57,002 nucleotides of DNA, taken from a virus. Lineage: Duplodnaviria > Caudoviricetes. Below, piece after piece: positions 1-8,724 of this stretch. The stretch is from the IMG/VR virus record IMGVR_UViG_3300020045_013711, positions 1-57,002 of that record; one strand, 5' to 3'. The translations under genes and the position numbers were made by a program. The notes under the pieces are model-generated. The model was not told where the DNA came from, made no database searches, and worked only from the letters and a program-made list of their open reading frames with translations. Position 1 is the stretch's first letter. Each line of letters starts with the position of its first letter.

Positions 1-361
1 TTAACTTTAAAAACATTGTGTTGATACATTTTTTATGTGTTAAGACTAATAAAATTTGCTTTATTGAAGGGTGTAATCGAGAATCAAATACTATTGAGCA
101 TCGTGCCGGAATAGTGTCGTGGTAATGCTTTGCTTTTCTATGGAACAATTCGCCAATTATAATTAATTCGCTGACTGTTGTAGAATAGATTAATTTGAAG
201 TCTTCTAAATCAATAGCTTCTACTTCTAATCCTTCTGGAACTTCTTGACGTTTATCACTTGGCGTTGCGCTAATAATTGAGTCAACAAAAAATGGATTTT
301 TACCATCCTTGTAGTTTAAATATCTGCCTTCTTTATTTTTAACAAAAAATATCTGTTTCAT
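1..361 (-). CDS. hypothetical protein, 3'-partial (MKQIFFVKIKEGRYLNY...)
   Basis: ATG at 361 overlaps the stop of 358..549; frame stays open to base 1 (manual translation, not in ORF track). Confidence 0.55.
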   Translation of the reverse strand, partial: MKQIFFVKNKEGRYLNYKDGKNPFFVDSIISATPSDKRQEVPEGLEVEAIDLEDFKLIYSTTVSELIIIGELFHRKAKHYHDTIPARCSIVFDSRLHPSIKQILLVLTHKKCINTMFLKL

Positions 362-549
362 TTTAAGTAAATTAATTTATGGTTAATAGATTCTCTAATT
401 TTTATTTTACCTTCTTTGTATAATTCAGATAAAACTTTTTTGGTTTCTAAAAATGTTGTTTTGTTTAATTCTGAAAGTTCAACAATTGTGATTCCTCCAT
501 TTGTCTTAGCGAATTTATCGCTTATTTGTTGTAAGATTTTATCTTTCAT
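358..549 (-). CDS. small winged-helix-like DNA-binding protein
   Basis: 63 aa ORF; GITIVELSE...TKKVLSELYKEGKIKIR resembles a wHTH. Confidence 0.5.
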   Translation of the reverse strand: MKDKILQQISDKFAKTNGGITIVELSELNKTTFLETKKVLSELYKEGKIKIRESINHKLIYLK

Positions 550-551
550 TA

Positions 552-905
552 CTAATCTTTTTTAAGTTCTAATATAAATCTCCATAACTCCTTGCTTTGT
601 TCGGATAGTAGGTTGCTTTTTAAGTTCCAATTATCAATAATGTAAGTTACTGATTTACTTTTACTATTTTTAAAATACACTTTTACTTCCATTACATACT
701 CCAACACGTGGTTAAGTTGTATTGGTTTTAAATCAATATCATCAAAATGTATTTCTCTATAACTTATTGTGTCTAAATAGTTAAAAGTATTATTAACATA
801 AGTTACAATATCACTTGTGTTATAAAAACTTATTCTTTCGCCTACTTTATAACTTGTAAGTTCAGGAATTGCTTTTCTTATTTTATTTTCTAATTCGTTT
901 AGCAT
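552..905 (-). CDS. hypothetical phage protein
   Basis: 117 aa ORF, tightly packed with neighbours. Confidence 0.6.
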   Translation of the reverse strand: MLNELENKIRKAIPELTSYKVGERISFYNTSDIVTYVNNTFNYLDTISYREIHFDDIDLKPIQLNHVLEYVMEVKVYFKNSKSKSVTYIIDNWNLKSNLLSEQSKELWRFILELKKD

Positions 906-912
906 AGGTTAG

Positions 913-1133
913 TTATTTAATTAAATCTGCTCTCCAACTTTGCGCTAACTTTTTATTTATTTCTTCTTTTGAAGTATATAAATCACAAGTGTTAGTAATT
1001 ACTTTTTCATAATCTCTTTTTACACCATTATTAGCGTGTACTATTTTTTTCCCATTTTCTTCTGAAACATTAAAAACATAAGTTTCTATACCCCATCCTA
1101 TTCCTAAATAGTATAATTTATCTCCTTTTTCAT
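913..1133 (-). pseudogene. frameshifted small ORF (MK/KGDKLYYLGIGWGIETYVFN.../TCDLYTSKEEINKKLAQSWRADLIK)
   Basis: gene-sized gap with protein-like segments in different frames; could be sequencing error. Confidence 0.35.
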
Positions 1134-1885
1134 GGTTTAAAAATTACAATCATACTGTCTTTTGTTCCGCTTTGAGTTTTTCCTTTAGAATTTAATGGTA
1201 AATAAAAATTACCATTAGCATCTATTTTACCAAACTTTATTCTACCTTTTACAAATTCAATCTCACTTGCATTTGGTTTGATCCATTCGTGAAATAATTT
1301 TGTGCTTGTTGATACAGGTATAAGAAAAACAGAAACTCTGCAAGCTACAATTTCATACTTTTTAGGCATTAATTCTGATTTCAGATACAATGGATGTTTT
1401 GGCGTTCCATCGTTCGACAAATCAATATAATGTAGGTTTTCAATTCCTTTTAACGGCTTGTAGTTTTCTCCAAATTTTTTACCCAATTTATTTACAATAG
1501 GAGCATTTCCCCAAGCACAAACTATCATCTCAGATTCTTTCGCCATAAAATCAATATGCCATTTATTTAACAAACCCATTGGTTCTTTAGTATTCAATAA
1601 TTCTTTTGGATTTGTAGAACGATAGGCGAATAAGTTTCCAACACATAAAGAACCAAAACCCCAATTCTTTGCAAATCCAATACATCGTCTAATTGTAGCA
1701 TCATCTATATTTGCATCAGCAGTTGATGGGTTTAGCATTAAGAACATAACTCTTGGTTTTGTTTCATCCCATTTTCTTTCAAGAGAATAACGGTATTTTT
1801 CACAATCCGAAAGAACAGCACTACGGCTAACAGCCATTTGGAGCGATTGGGAATTTGTGTTTTCTGAATTATTATTTTGTGTCAT
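1130..1885 (-). CDS. DUF1643-family protein fused to the C-terminal fragment of a phage adenine MTase
   Basis: YRYSLERKWD, MLNPSTAD, VGNLFAYRST, CAWGN and PKHPLY motifs; tail LIPVSTSTKLFHE...KDSMIVIF closely resembles ORF 10655..11086; likely start MTQ at 1885. Confidence 0.7.
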   Translation of the reverse strand: MTQNNNSENTNSQSLQMAVSRSAVLSDCEKYRYSLERKWDETKPRVMFLMLNPSTADANIDDATIRRCIGFAKNWGFGSLCVGNLFAYRSTNPKELLNTKEPMGLLNKWHIDFMAKESEMIVCAWGNAPIVNKLGKKFGENYKPLKGIENLHYIDLSNDGTPKHPLYLKSELMPKKYEIVACRVSVFLIPVSTSTKLFHEWIKPNASEIEFVKGRIKFGKIDANGNFYLPLNSKGKTQSGTKDSMIVIFKP

Positions 1886-1955
1886 AATGATGGTTTTTAT
1901 AGTTAATGATTTCGATTTTTTAGCCCCAACCACACCAAGTGGCAAAACGTTATAG
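1825..1955 (+). repeat. attC-like site A
   Basis: GGCTAAC; arms gccatttggagcgattggg / cccaaccacaccaagtggc; GTTATAG at 1949. Confidence 0.85.
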
Positions 1956-1961
1956 GCAAGC

Positions 1962-1995
1962 AAAAAGCCAATCATTACGGATAAAGATTGGCTTT
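1962..1995 (-). terminator. intrinsic terminator inside cassette
   Basis: aaagccaatc / gattggcttt stem with minus-strand U-tract, downstream of 2018..2203. Confidence 0.6.
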
Positions 1996-2017
1996 GAAAT
2001 TTTGGAAATTAGATGTT

Positions 2018-2203
2018 TTATTCTTTTTGTTTCTTCCAAACAAAAATCATTGATTTTGCCCAGCTTGGCAACTCTTTATTTGGTTGTGTCATTGATTTAA
2101 CAGAATCGACTGTTAAACCTACGATTTTAGCAATATCAGCATTGTTTAAATTAAACTCTTTTTTGAGTTCTTTAAAATCTAAATGTGTTGGAATTTTATC
2201 CAT
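2018..2203 (-). CDS. small HTH protein (cassette cargo)
   Basis: LNNADIAKIVGLTVDSVKSM helix-turn-helix pattern. Confidence 0.65.
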   Translation of the reverse strand: MDKIPTHLDFKELKKEFNLNNADIAKIVGLTVDSVKSMTQPNKELPSWAKSMIFVWKKQKE

Positions 2204-2204
2204 C

Positions 2205-2771
2205 TTATTTAATTCTTACTATTATTAAATCGAAGTCATTTTCTGTTTTTGTTAAAAATTCTTTATTTTTGGTTTTCTTTAAAACAACTAAAACGCTTCT
2301 CAAATAAACTATTTCATTTTTAGCTTTAAGATTTAAATTCAAAACCTTTCCTATTTCTAAATCTTCAATTAATTTTTCTTCTTTACCATATTTTTTTGAA
2401 GATTGACGACCTTCTAATTTTTTTTCGTCTATTTTTTTTACTCTTGCTAAACGAACTAATTCTCTTTTTAACTTTAGTCTATCTGTCTTGATTTCTAATG
2501 AAATATCTTTGATTGATTTTAATCCTAAATTTTGATTAATAAAATCAAAATTATCTATAACATTTTTAGATATTGGTCTAAAATCCAATCTAATATCTAA
2601 ATAAAGGAGAATTTTAATTAATCTATCTGATTTTATATTTAACTCTCCGTTTTCTATTTTTGATAAATTAGAGTGATCTTCCTCTAATAAATCCGCTAAT
2701 TCTCTTAGAGATAACATATAATTTTCTCTTGCTTTTTTTATTACTTTTCCAAAAAAGTTTAAATTTTCCAT
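2205..2771 (-). CDS. XRE/Cro-C1 family HTH regulator (cassette cargo)
   Basis: FGKVIKKARENYMLSLRELADLLEEDHSNLSKIENG. Confidence 0.8.
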   Translation of the reverse strand: MENLNFFGKVIKKARENYMLSLRELADLLEEDHSNLSKIENGELNIKSDRLIKILLYLDIRLDFRPISKNVIDNFDFINQNLGLKSIKDISLEIKTDRLKLKRELVRLARVKKIDEKKLEGRQSSKKYGKEEKLIEDLEIGKVLNLNLKAKNEIVYLRSVLVVLKKTKNKEFLTKTENDFDLIIVRIK

Positions 2772-2773
2772 TT

Positions 2774-3169
2774 TTATTTTACTATTTCGTTAATCTCATC
2801 TTCTAAAATCATTTCCTCAAAACAAAGTTTTTTTATCTGACTTGTTTTAACGTCAACTTGTCCAAATAAAATAACCAACCAAGTATGTCCGCAATCAATT
2901 CTAACACCGTCATTTTGATAAAAAACTGATTCTTTAGAAATACCTTCGTCTTCTAGTAATTCGAAAATTTCAGATAATCCTAAATCAAAATCACAAATAG
3001 TCATATAAGGCGTTAAATCAAAAAGACTAACACTTAAATCAAAAGTGTATAATTCATCACCAGTATTAACATAAGATTCCGCAGTTTCATCGCAAGGAGA
3101 ATAAAAACTACCACAGTTCATATATTCTAATCCTTTTTGCGCGCCTCTGTAAAATTTTTCAGTTCTCAT
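2774..3169 (-). CDS. hypothetical acidic protein (cassette cargo)
   Basis: 131 aa ORF, first gene of a 3-gene cassette. Confidence 0.65.
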   Translation of the reverse strand: MRTEKFYRGAQKGLEYMNCGSFYSPCDETAESYVNTGDELYTFDLSVSLFDLTPYMTICDFDLGLSEIFELLEDEGISKESVFYQNDGVRIDCGHTWLVILFGQVDVKTSQIKKLCFEEMILEDEINEIVK

Positions 3170-3202
3170 AATTTCTATTATGTTTAGATTTCTATACCGT
3201 AA

Positions 3203-3255
3203 AAGTAAACTATATTTTACTTACTACCAAATAATAAGTAAACTATTTTTTACTT
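3203..3255. promoter_or_regulatory. tandem palindromic operators AAGTAAA-N6-TTTACTT
   Basis: two copies, 3203-3222 and 3236-3255, upstream of the 3-gene HTH cassette operon. Confidence 0.65.
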
Positions 3256-3348
3256 ATTTTTATTTCCCTTTATTTTACAAGGTTTTTAGAGTAAAAATAA
3301 TTTTATCTAATTTCCAAAATTTCAAAGAACGTGGTGCAAATTGCCTGC

Positions 3349-3438
3349 CCATAACCTATGCTACTGGCAATTTGCAGAACTCCCTACTATTATTCACGTT
3401 ATGTGGTGGCAAACTGCCAGTAGCATCTGCCGTTATCG
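3349..3438 (+). repeat. attC-like site B (short class)
   Basis: TGCCCATAAC pairs with opener GTTATAGGCA (1949, one mismatch); arms atgctactggcaatttgc / gcaaactgccagtagcat; GTT at 3432. Confidence 0.9.
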
Positions 3439-3798
3439 TTCAGCTTGGTTGGAGTCGTTAACAAAATCGGTATAAAAAGAATCTATATTTCTTTTAATTT
3501 TGTTCATTAATCCTCTTAATATTCGCCCTTTACTAAACTTATCGTGTTCTCTCATTTTTGTATTTGGAAAGTGTACTGTAAAATGAAAATGTGAACCTTT
3601 TTCATCATCCCATCCTGAAAGAGAAGAACCTATATTGTTTTTATCTTTATGACCATAAGTTAAAAAAGCCTCTTCTATCTCTTCTAATGCTTTTACATCA
3701 ACTCCTAATCCTTCCCAAGTGTCATAAGGATATATTGATGTTGCGTGGTTTTCTTTAAAAAACTCAACTGCTTCGGGTTTTAATCTGTAGTTTTTCAT
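3433..3798 (-). CDS. hypothetical protein (cassette cargo)
   Basis: likely start MKNYRLK at 3798; TAA stop lies in the GTTA box. Confidence 0.7.
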   Translation of the reverse strand: MKNYRLKPEAVEFFKENHATSIYPYDTWEGLGVDVKALEEIEEAFLTYGHKDKNNIGSSLSGWDDEKGSHFHFTVHFPNTKMREHDKFSKGRILRGLMNKIKRNIDSFYTDFVNDSNQAER

Positions 3799-3825
3799 TT
3801 TGTTTGTGGTTAAAAAAAGCCGAAA

Positions 3826-3963
3826 CGATAACAATTTCTTTGCGATGATTTTCGGCTTGGTTTATAAATTTTTTTATTGTTTTGTGTCTGTTTTGCTTGG
3901 GTCTTAATCCGAAGCTTGGTTTTGTGCAACTCCGAAAAACCTCGCAAAGAATCAACGTTATAA
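3826..3963 (+). repeat. attC-like site C
   Basis: AACGATAAC pairs with GTTATCGTT (3432); arms ttctttgcgatgattttcgg / ccgaaaaacctcgcaaagaa; GTT at 3957. Confidence 0.9.
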
Positions 3964-3976
3964 GCAATTGTAACAA

Positions 3977-4204
3977 CTACTCGGTTAAATGAAGTGAACA
4001 TAATCTAAAATGATGTATTTTATCAAATCGAATTTTATTTTCATCTTTTAATAAATGATTGTAATAATCTTTGTTGTAAAATTTACAGGTTTCTTTTTTC
4101 GAGCAAATTTCAACTCCTTTTTTAAAATTATAATACTGTCCAGAACAACTGCTTATAACATCGTGTATAATAGATTGCTTGTTTGGGTCTGTGTTTTCAG
4201 GCAT
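3977..4204 (-). CDS. Cys-containing hypothetical protein (cassette cargo)
   Basis: 75 aa; start codon inside attC D loop. Confidence 0.6.
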   Translation of the reverse strand: MPENTDPNKQSIIHDVISSCSGQYYNFKKGVEICSKKETCKFYNKDYYNHLLKDENKIRFDKIHHFRLCSLHLTE

Positions 4205-4286
4205 CTGTTTTTAATTTAATGATTGGTAATTTTTGGAGGTATCAGGTTTAATCGGCGCAACCTCTTATACACGCCGTCCGTTACTA
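4153..4286 (+). repeat. attC-like site D
   Basis: TGCTTATAAC pairs with GTTATAAGCA (3957); arms cgtgtataatagattgc / gcaacctcttatacacg; GTT at 4280. Confidence 0.9.
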
Positions 4287-4697
4287 GCTATGTTGCTTAC
4301 TAAGTTCGTTTAGTGCTGAAATCATATTTTCAAAAGCCTTGTCGAACTCCTTTTCAGATATTTCTTTTTGCAAAGAATGAACATATCCGTAATCTATTTT
4401 TTGTGTAGAAACGTTTCCATCTTTATCAGTTTGAAACGAATATCCTTTATAATGACACGCAACACCATTCCCGCCTGTATCATATAAATCCTCAGGCTTT
4501 ATTTCAGTTATTTTCGTGTATAACCACCAATAATCAGATGGTTTCTCAGGACAACTGTAGTTATTTCTGTTTTTAAAACATTTCCCTTCTAATTTTTTAA
4601 ATTCAGGATAATGCTTTTCGATTAATTCTTGATTTTCTTTTTCGGAAATTAGCTTCAATTGTTTTTTAAGCTCTTCTTTTGATAATAAATTTTCCAT
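4284..4697 (-). CDS. hypothetical protein (cassette cargo)
   Basis: likely start MENLLSK at 4697. Confidence 0.7.
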   Translation of the reverse strand: MENLLSKEELKKQLKLISEKENQELIEKHYPEFKKLEGKCFKNRNNYSCPEKPSDYWWLYTKITEIKPEDLYDTGGNGVACHYKGYSFQTDKDGNVSTQKIDYGYVHSLQKEISEKEFDKAFENMISALNELSKQHS

Positions 4698-4721
4698 ATT
4701 GTTTGGTGTTAAAAACACAGC

Positions 4722-4855
4722 TAGTAACACATAATTGTAGCAATAGCTGTATGGTTTTTGCATTTAATGTTTTGCGTTTTCTTGTTTTTATCAGTTTTTA
4801 ACCGAATGATAATTTTGTGTCAGCACGCTACTGCTACAATTATCCAACGTTACCT
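4722..4855 (+). repeat. attC-like site E
   Basis: AGCTAGTAAC pairs with GTTACTAGCT (4280); arms ataattgtagcaatagc / gctactgctacaattat; GTT at 4849. Confidence 0.9.
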
Positions 4856-4876
4856 GCAAGTGCTATATTCGTGCTT

Positions 4877-5584
4877 TTAAGAACTTTTTGCACCTGTGTA
4901 AGTAAATAATTTTTCAATTGCTTTTTTACTTCCTGTATCTTGTGTTAATGAGCTTACAATTTCTTTACTCCAGATACATTTAAAGTCATTTGGCGCATTA
5001 TATTCACTAACAAACACAATGTGACCTTCGTTTGATTTATCTCTGCACCATTGCCAGAAATCAGCGTGATTAAACCCGTCTTTATAAGATGTTGTTCCTT
5101 CGTATGGTGGGTCGCAATAAATCAGGCTATTATCAGGAATTTGTAATTTATCGTAACTTTCATTTACAAATCTAATTCCTTTTAAACTTTCGCTTTGGTT
5201 CAATGCGTTTTTGTAGGCTTCATTTACATAATCACGTTTATTTAATCCGTCGCGACACCAGCCTCCAAGCCATTTACCGCTATAAGAAAATGCAAATCCT
5301 GCATAACCTTTGTATTTATAATCATCACTTTTTCGTAATGATTTATAATCCTCTTCAGTAAACTCACGATTATTTTTTGGTAAGTCACAAATACAATCTC
5401 TTATCGCAATTAAGGCATCAATTAGATAATTATTAATATCTGCTCCAATTCTTTTACCTTGTACTTTATCAATTAAATTTGCGCCTCCTACAAATGGTTC
5501 GACCCAAGTTCTTTGCTCTCTTTCTTTTAACATTATCGGCAGTATTTCTTTTGCTATTCGATTTTTTGAACCCATATATTTCAT
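4877..5584 (-). CDS. DNA adenine methyltransferase, Dam/D12-like (cassette cargo)
   Basis: KYMGSK, EPFVGGAN (motif I), IYCDPPY (motif IV). Confidence 0.9.
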   Translation of the reverse strand: MKYMGSKNRIAKEILPIMLKEREQRTWVEPFVGGANLIDKVQGKRIGADINNYLIDALIAIRDCICDLPKNNREFTEEDYKSLRKSDDYKYKGYAGFAFSYSGKWLGGWCRDGLNKRDYVNEAYKNALNQSESLKGIRFVNESYDKLQIPDNSLIYCDPPYEGTTSYKDGFNHADFWQWCRDKSNEGHIVFVSEYNAPNDFKCIWSKEIVSSLTQDTGSKKAIEKLFTYTGAKSS

Positions 5585-5616
5585 AAGATATTTTGTTTTA
5601 AACAAGCCACACCAGC

Positions 5617-5748
5617 AGGTAACAAGTGCTTGAAGAAATGGCTTTATTTGTTTTTAATTTAAAGATTAGTTTTTGTCTGTGATGTCTGTTTTTAATTAGA
5701 TGATTTGGCGTACTTGCACGCCACTTCGTCAAGCACCATACGTTATGG
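5617..5748 (+). repeat. attC-like site F
   Basis: GCAGGTAAC pairs with GTTACCTGC (4849); arms gtgcttgaagaaatggc / gccacttcgtcaagcac; GTT at 5742. Confidence 0.9.
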
Positions 5749-5749
5749 G

Positions 5750-6172
5750 CTATGCAGTTGGAACGGCATAGCTTTGTTTTATATATTTCATCAATAAATT
5801 TTGATTGCTAGAAATCCTTGGATTATAATCAAATCTGATAAAATCAACCAAATTCACTTCTTCGGAAATAGAAATAAAATCTTCTAATGAAATTGTTTTT
5901 ACAAAATCGGCTTTATCCATTCTTAAAGAATAAGTACCGTCTTCTTTGTATTTTTTTATTCTACATTCAATATCAATTACAGTTTGAATTTTATTATTGA
6001 AATGTCCGCTTTGAAGTTCCCAAAAACAGCAGTCGATATCAATCCCAAATTTATCTTCAAAAACTGCAAATGAATCAACACTTAATTTTTGATTTTCAGG
6101 TAATTCAATAGCTAAAAATTGTTCTAATTTTTCTTTTGAAACTTTCTTTACTTTGATGTCTTGTATTTTCAT
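5750..6172 (-). CDS. hypothetical protein (cassette cargo)
   Basis: 140 aa ORF filling the cassette. Confidence 0.7.
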   Translation of the reverse strand: MKIQDIKVKKVSKEKLEQFLAIELPENQKLSVDSFAVFEDKFGIDIDCCFWELQSGHFNNKIQTVIDIECRIKKYKEDGTYSLRMDKADFVKTISLEDFISISEEVNLVDFIRFDYNPRISSNQNLLMKYIKQSYAVPTA

Positions 6173-6205
6173 TTTTGATAATTTTAGTTACCGAAAAAGC
6201 ACAGC

Positions 6206-6340
6206 CCATAACAAGTGATATGAGCGATTTTCGGCATCGTGATTATTGATTTATTGTTTTGTACTTGGTTTGTTCTGTGACAGCGGAAGGATTACGGCTT
6301 ACTACTCCGAAAATCCGCACATATCACTGAACCGTTATCA
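6206..6340 (+). repeat. attC-like site G
   Basis: AGCCCATAAC pairs with GTTATGGGCT (5742); arms agtgatatgagcgattttcgg / ccgaaaatccgcacatatcact (one bulged C); GTT at 6334. Confidence 0.9.
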
Positions 6341-6341
6341 C

Positions 6342-6554
6342 TCATTTTATAGAACGTTTGCTGATAACGAGTTCAGATTTCCGAATGATGCAAATTTCAT
6401 TCTCAAAAGGCGTTTCAAAATTCCATCTATCAAGCGTATATTTTGAGATTCCGATTTCGTGAGTATTGCATAATATTGTTAAATCCCCGTAATAAAAATG
6501 CTTTTCGTTTTCGAGTGCATTTTTAAATTCAATGTGAAATAGTTTTTTATTCAT
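6342..6554 (-). CDS. hypothetical protein (cassette cargo)
   Basis: 70 aa ORF. Confidence 0.6.
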   Translation of the reverse strand: MNKKLFHIEFKNALENEKHFYYGDLTILCNTHEIGISKYTLDRWNFETPFENEICIIRKSELVISKRSIK

Positions 6555-6670
6555 TTTTTTTTATTTTAATAAAAGAAAGGTTTTCGCCTATATTTACTTT
6601 TATATGTTTTTCAATAAAAGGTTTACAATTCTGAACTTCAACTAATTTGTTGCTTTTCCTTTCTTTAAAT

Positions 6671-6883
6671 TTAAACTTTTATTTTGCTAAGTTCTTTTTT
6701 TACTCTGTCACGATATATTTTAAAAAACTCTATGTTGTTATCTATAAAATCTTTAGACTCTGTTCTTTTATCTGATTCCCAATAATCAACTGCGTTTTCA
6801 GTATAAGGAAGTATATTTCTTAATCTATACTCCCCTAATTCTTCATAAATACTTGGTATTTCAGGCTGTTTAAATTTTGACAT
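6671..6883 (-). CDS. hypothetical protein (cassette cargo)
   Basis: 70 aa ORF, coupled to upstream stop. Confidence 0.6.
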   Translation of the reverse strand: MSKFKQPEIPSIYEELGEYRLRNILPYTENAVDYWESDKRTESKDFIDNNIEFFKIYRDRVKKELSKIKV

Positions 6884-7155
6884 TATTTTTTGAAGTTTTT
6901 AAATTCTTCTTCTGTCATTTTTTCAAGTCTTGATTTCAATTCATTTTGATTTTCAATTCCTGATCCAAATCCTTCTATAAATAAACATTTGAACGCTTCT
7001 AATTTTTTGCTTTTGCTTAATTTAGAATATCTCACAAATCCTAAAGAATAGGTTTTTTCAATTTTAGCATTTTCTTCTTTAGTTCCGAAAATCTCAGTCA
7101 ATCCATTTACAATTGCTTCTGCTCCGTTTCTGTCTGTGTAGTAAGTAGTTTTCAT
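6883..7155 (-). CDS. hypothetical protein (cassette cargo)
   Basis: likely start MKTTYYT at 7155. Confidence 0.65.
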   Translation of the reverse strand: MKTTYYTDRNGAEAIVNGLTEIFGTKEENAKIEKTYSLGFVRYSKLSKSKKLEAFKCLFIEGFGSGIENQNELKSRLEKMTEEEFKNFKK

Positions 7156-7177
7156 AATTTCTATTTGTTTGATTTTG

Positions 7178-7209
7178 TTATACAAATATAGTGATTAATA
7201 TTTGTATAA
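7178..7209 (-). promoter_or_regulatory. cassette-internal Bacteroidota -7 promoter (TATATTTG) inside a 12-bp inverted repeat
   Basis: ttatacaaatat-N8-atatttgtataa; caaatata at 7183-7190 is TAnnTTTG on the minus strand. Confidence 0.6.
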
Positions 7210-7265
7210 ACCTAATTAAATTACAAAAATAAATGTTAAAATTTGTAAATGAATAAAAAAACGAG

Positions 7266-7362
7266 TGATAACACGTGCTATGAGCAATATTGCCTATAAC
7301 GTTTAGTGCTACACGACAACTTTTTTCTAAGGCAATACTGCACATAGCACTATCCGTTATCA
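7266..7362 (+). repeat. attC-like site H (short class)
   Basis: GAGTGATAAC pairs with GTTATCACTC (6334); arms gtgctatgagcaatattgcct / aggcaatactgcacatagcac; GTT at 7356. Confidence 0.9.
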
Positions 7363-7368
7363 GGAATA

Positions 7369-7572
7369 CTACGATTGTGGTTTTAAAGATGATTTTAATA
7401 CCATATCATATTCTTCCGGCATTTGAACTAATGGTGTTTGTTTTGAGAACATCGCAAGTATATTTTGTAACAACTCGTTTTGTTCTTTTGAAATACCTAA
7501 TTGTATTATTCTATCTCCTTTTTTCATAATAAGAGCAATATTTCCTTCTTTTTGTTCTTCAAATGTTGCCAT
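7369..7572 (-). CDS. hypothetical protein (cassette cargo)
   Basis: 67 aa ORF filling the cassette. Confidence 0.65.
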   Translation of the reverse strand: MATFEEQKEGNIALIMKKGDRIIQLGISKEQNELLQNILAMFSKQTPLVQMPEEYDMVLKSSLKPQS

Positions 7573-7602
7573 AACATATTTAGTTTTAAATTTCCGTACT
7601 CC

Positions 7603-7738
7603 TGATAACAGTTGCTATAAGAGATTTTCGGTATTGTTTATTAATCGTTTTATTTGTGTGTATTTGCGGTGATTTGGCAAAGCGGAAAGATGGTTTTATA
7701 TTCATCCGAAAATCCTCACATAGCACCAACCGTTAGTA
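7603..7738 (+). repeat. attC-like site I
   Basis: TCCTGATAAC pairs with GTTATCAGGA (7356); arms tgctataagagattttcgg / ccgaaaatcctcacatagca; GTT at 7732. Confidence 0.9.
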
Positions 7739-7744
7739 GCCATT

Positions 7745-8179
7745 TTAATAGCCATCTGCTCTAAATTCAAATTTTTCAAGTTCATTGTATTTATCCCAAA
7801 CCGCTTCAAGTTCTATTTGGAAAACTTCTACAATTTCAATTCTTCTTCTTTCAAAGATTGGTTTGAGTTGTAAAAATGCTTTTGGATAAAGTTGTTCAAA
7901 GTCTCCATACCACATTGCTCCACAAGTCAAATCTTTATTATCAACCATATCAATATATTTTTCATCAAACCATTCATAACCATAGGATTCTTTACTTAAT
8001 TTAGGTTTTGATTTAAAAAAGACGATACAATTATAATGACCTCCGTATATTCCTGCCCAAACTTTTCTAATAGATAATTTTGGAGGTTGAAATTCTGCTT
8101 TCACCACAAAACGGCTACTAACAGCCATTTGGCAAGATTGGGTATCAGGCTTGTCTGAATTATTGTCTTGTGTTTTCAT
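7745..8179 (-). CDS. hypothetical protein (cassette cargo)
   Basis: 144 aa; start inside attC J loop. Confidence 0.7.
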   Translation of the reverse strand: MKTQDNNSDKPDTQSCQMAVSSRFVVKAEFQPPKLSIRKVWAGIYGGHYNCIVFFKSKPKLSKESYGYEWFDEKYIDMVDNKDLTCGAMWYGDFEQLYPKAFLQLKPIFERRRIEIVEVFQIELEAVWDKYNELEKFEFRADGY

Positions 8180-8248
8180 TGTTTAGTTTTTAAGTTAATG
8201 TTTAGGATTTATTTACCCCAAACTACCACAAGTTGCAGGACGTTATGC
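8116..8248 (+). repeat. attC-like site J
   Basis: GGCTACTAAC pairs with GTTAGTAGCC (7732); sequence related to site A; GTT at 8242. Confidence 0.85.
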
Positions 8249-8270
8249 AGGATTGCTACATTTTCGTTTC

Positions 8271-8558
8271 TTAACAAAAATTAGCAATATTGCTAGTAAT
8301 TATATAATGTGATTTACAAGGAAAATTATAATTGCCTACAGAACCAATTAAAGATATTTTTTTACCATCAGAACTCTTCACAATTTCCCAGTTTCTTCCA
8401 CCGCCCAAGGGCGTTATTGTTTTTAATCCACAACCGCATAAGCAATTATGAGTTGCTGTTTTATATTTTTCGGATATGTATAATTTATTTTCCTCAATTA
8501 CTTCTGGAATGACATCGACAAATACAGGTTCAATTGTTACTTTTTTAATCGTTTTCAT
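8271..8558 (-). CDS. Cys/His-rich protein, DUF6527-like (cassette cargo)
   Basis: LYIS..Y.TATHNCLCGCG...SVGNYNFPCKSHY. Confidence 0.7.
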   Translation of the reverse strand: MKTIKKVTIEPVFVDVIPEVIEENKLYISEKYKTATHNCLCGCGLKTITPLGGGRNWEIVKSSDGKKISLIGSVGNYNFPCKSHYIITSNIANFC

Positions 8559-8590
8559 AATAAAATTTAGTTTTAATCATCCACAACCCC

Positions 8591-8724
8591 GCATAACAGT
8601 AGTCTTGAGCTAGTGGCAGTTGGTTTTGTATCCGAAAAGACTCGGATAGTATTAATTATTGTTTTATTTTTGTTGGCACTTATCTTGAATCGAGCCACCA
8701 GCACAAGGCTACAAAACGTTATCA
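8591..8724 (+). repeat. attC-like site K
   Basis: CCCGCATAAC pairs with GTTATGCAGG (8242, one mismatch); arms gtagtcttgagctagtggc / gccaccagcacaaggctac; GTT at 8718. Confidence 0.9.

Noticed and set aside
3764-4001. Minus-strand ORFs 3764..3976 and 3810..4001
   Set aside because: They merely span attC C across a cassette junction, use weak starts and overlap real genes.
4877-5584. Restriction-modification system
   Set aside because: No recognisable endonuclease next to any of the methyltransferases.
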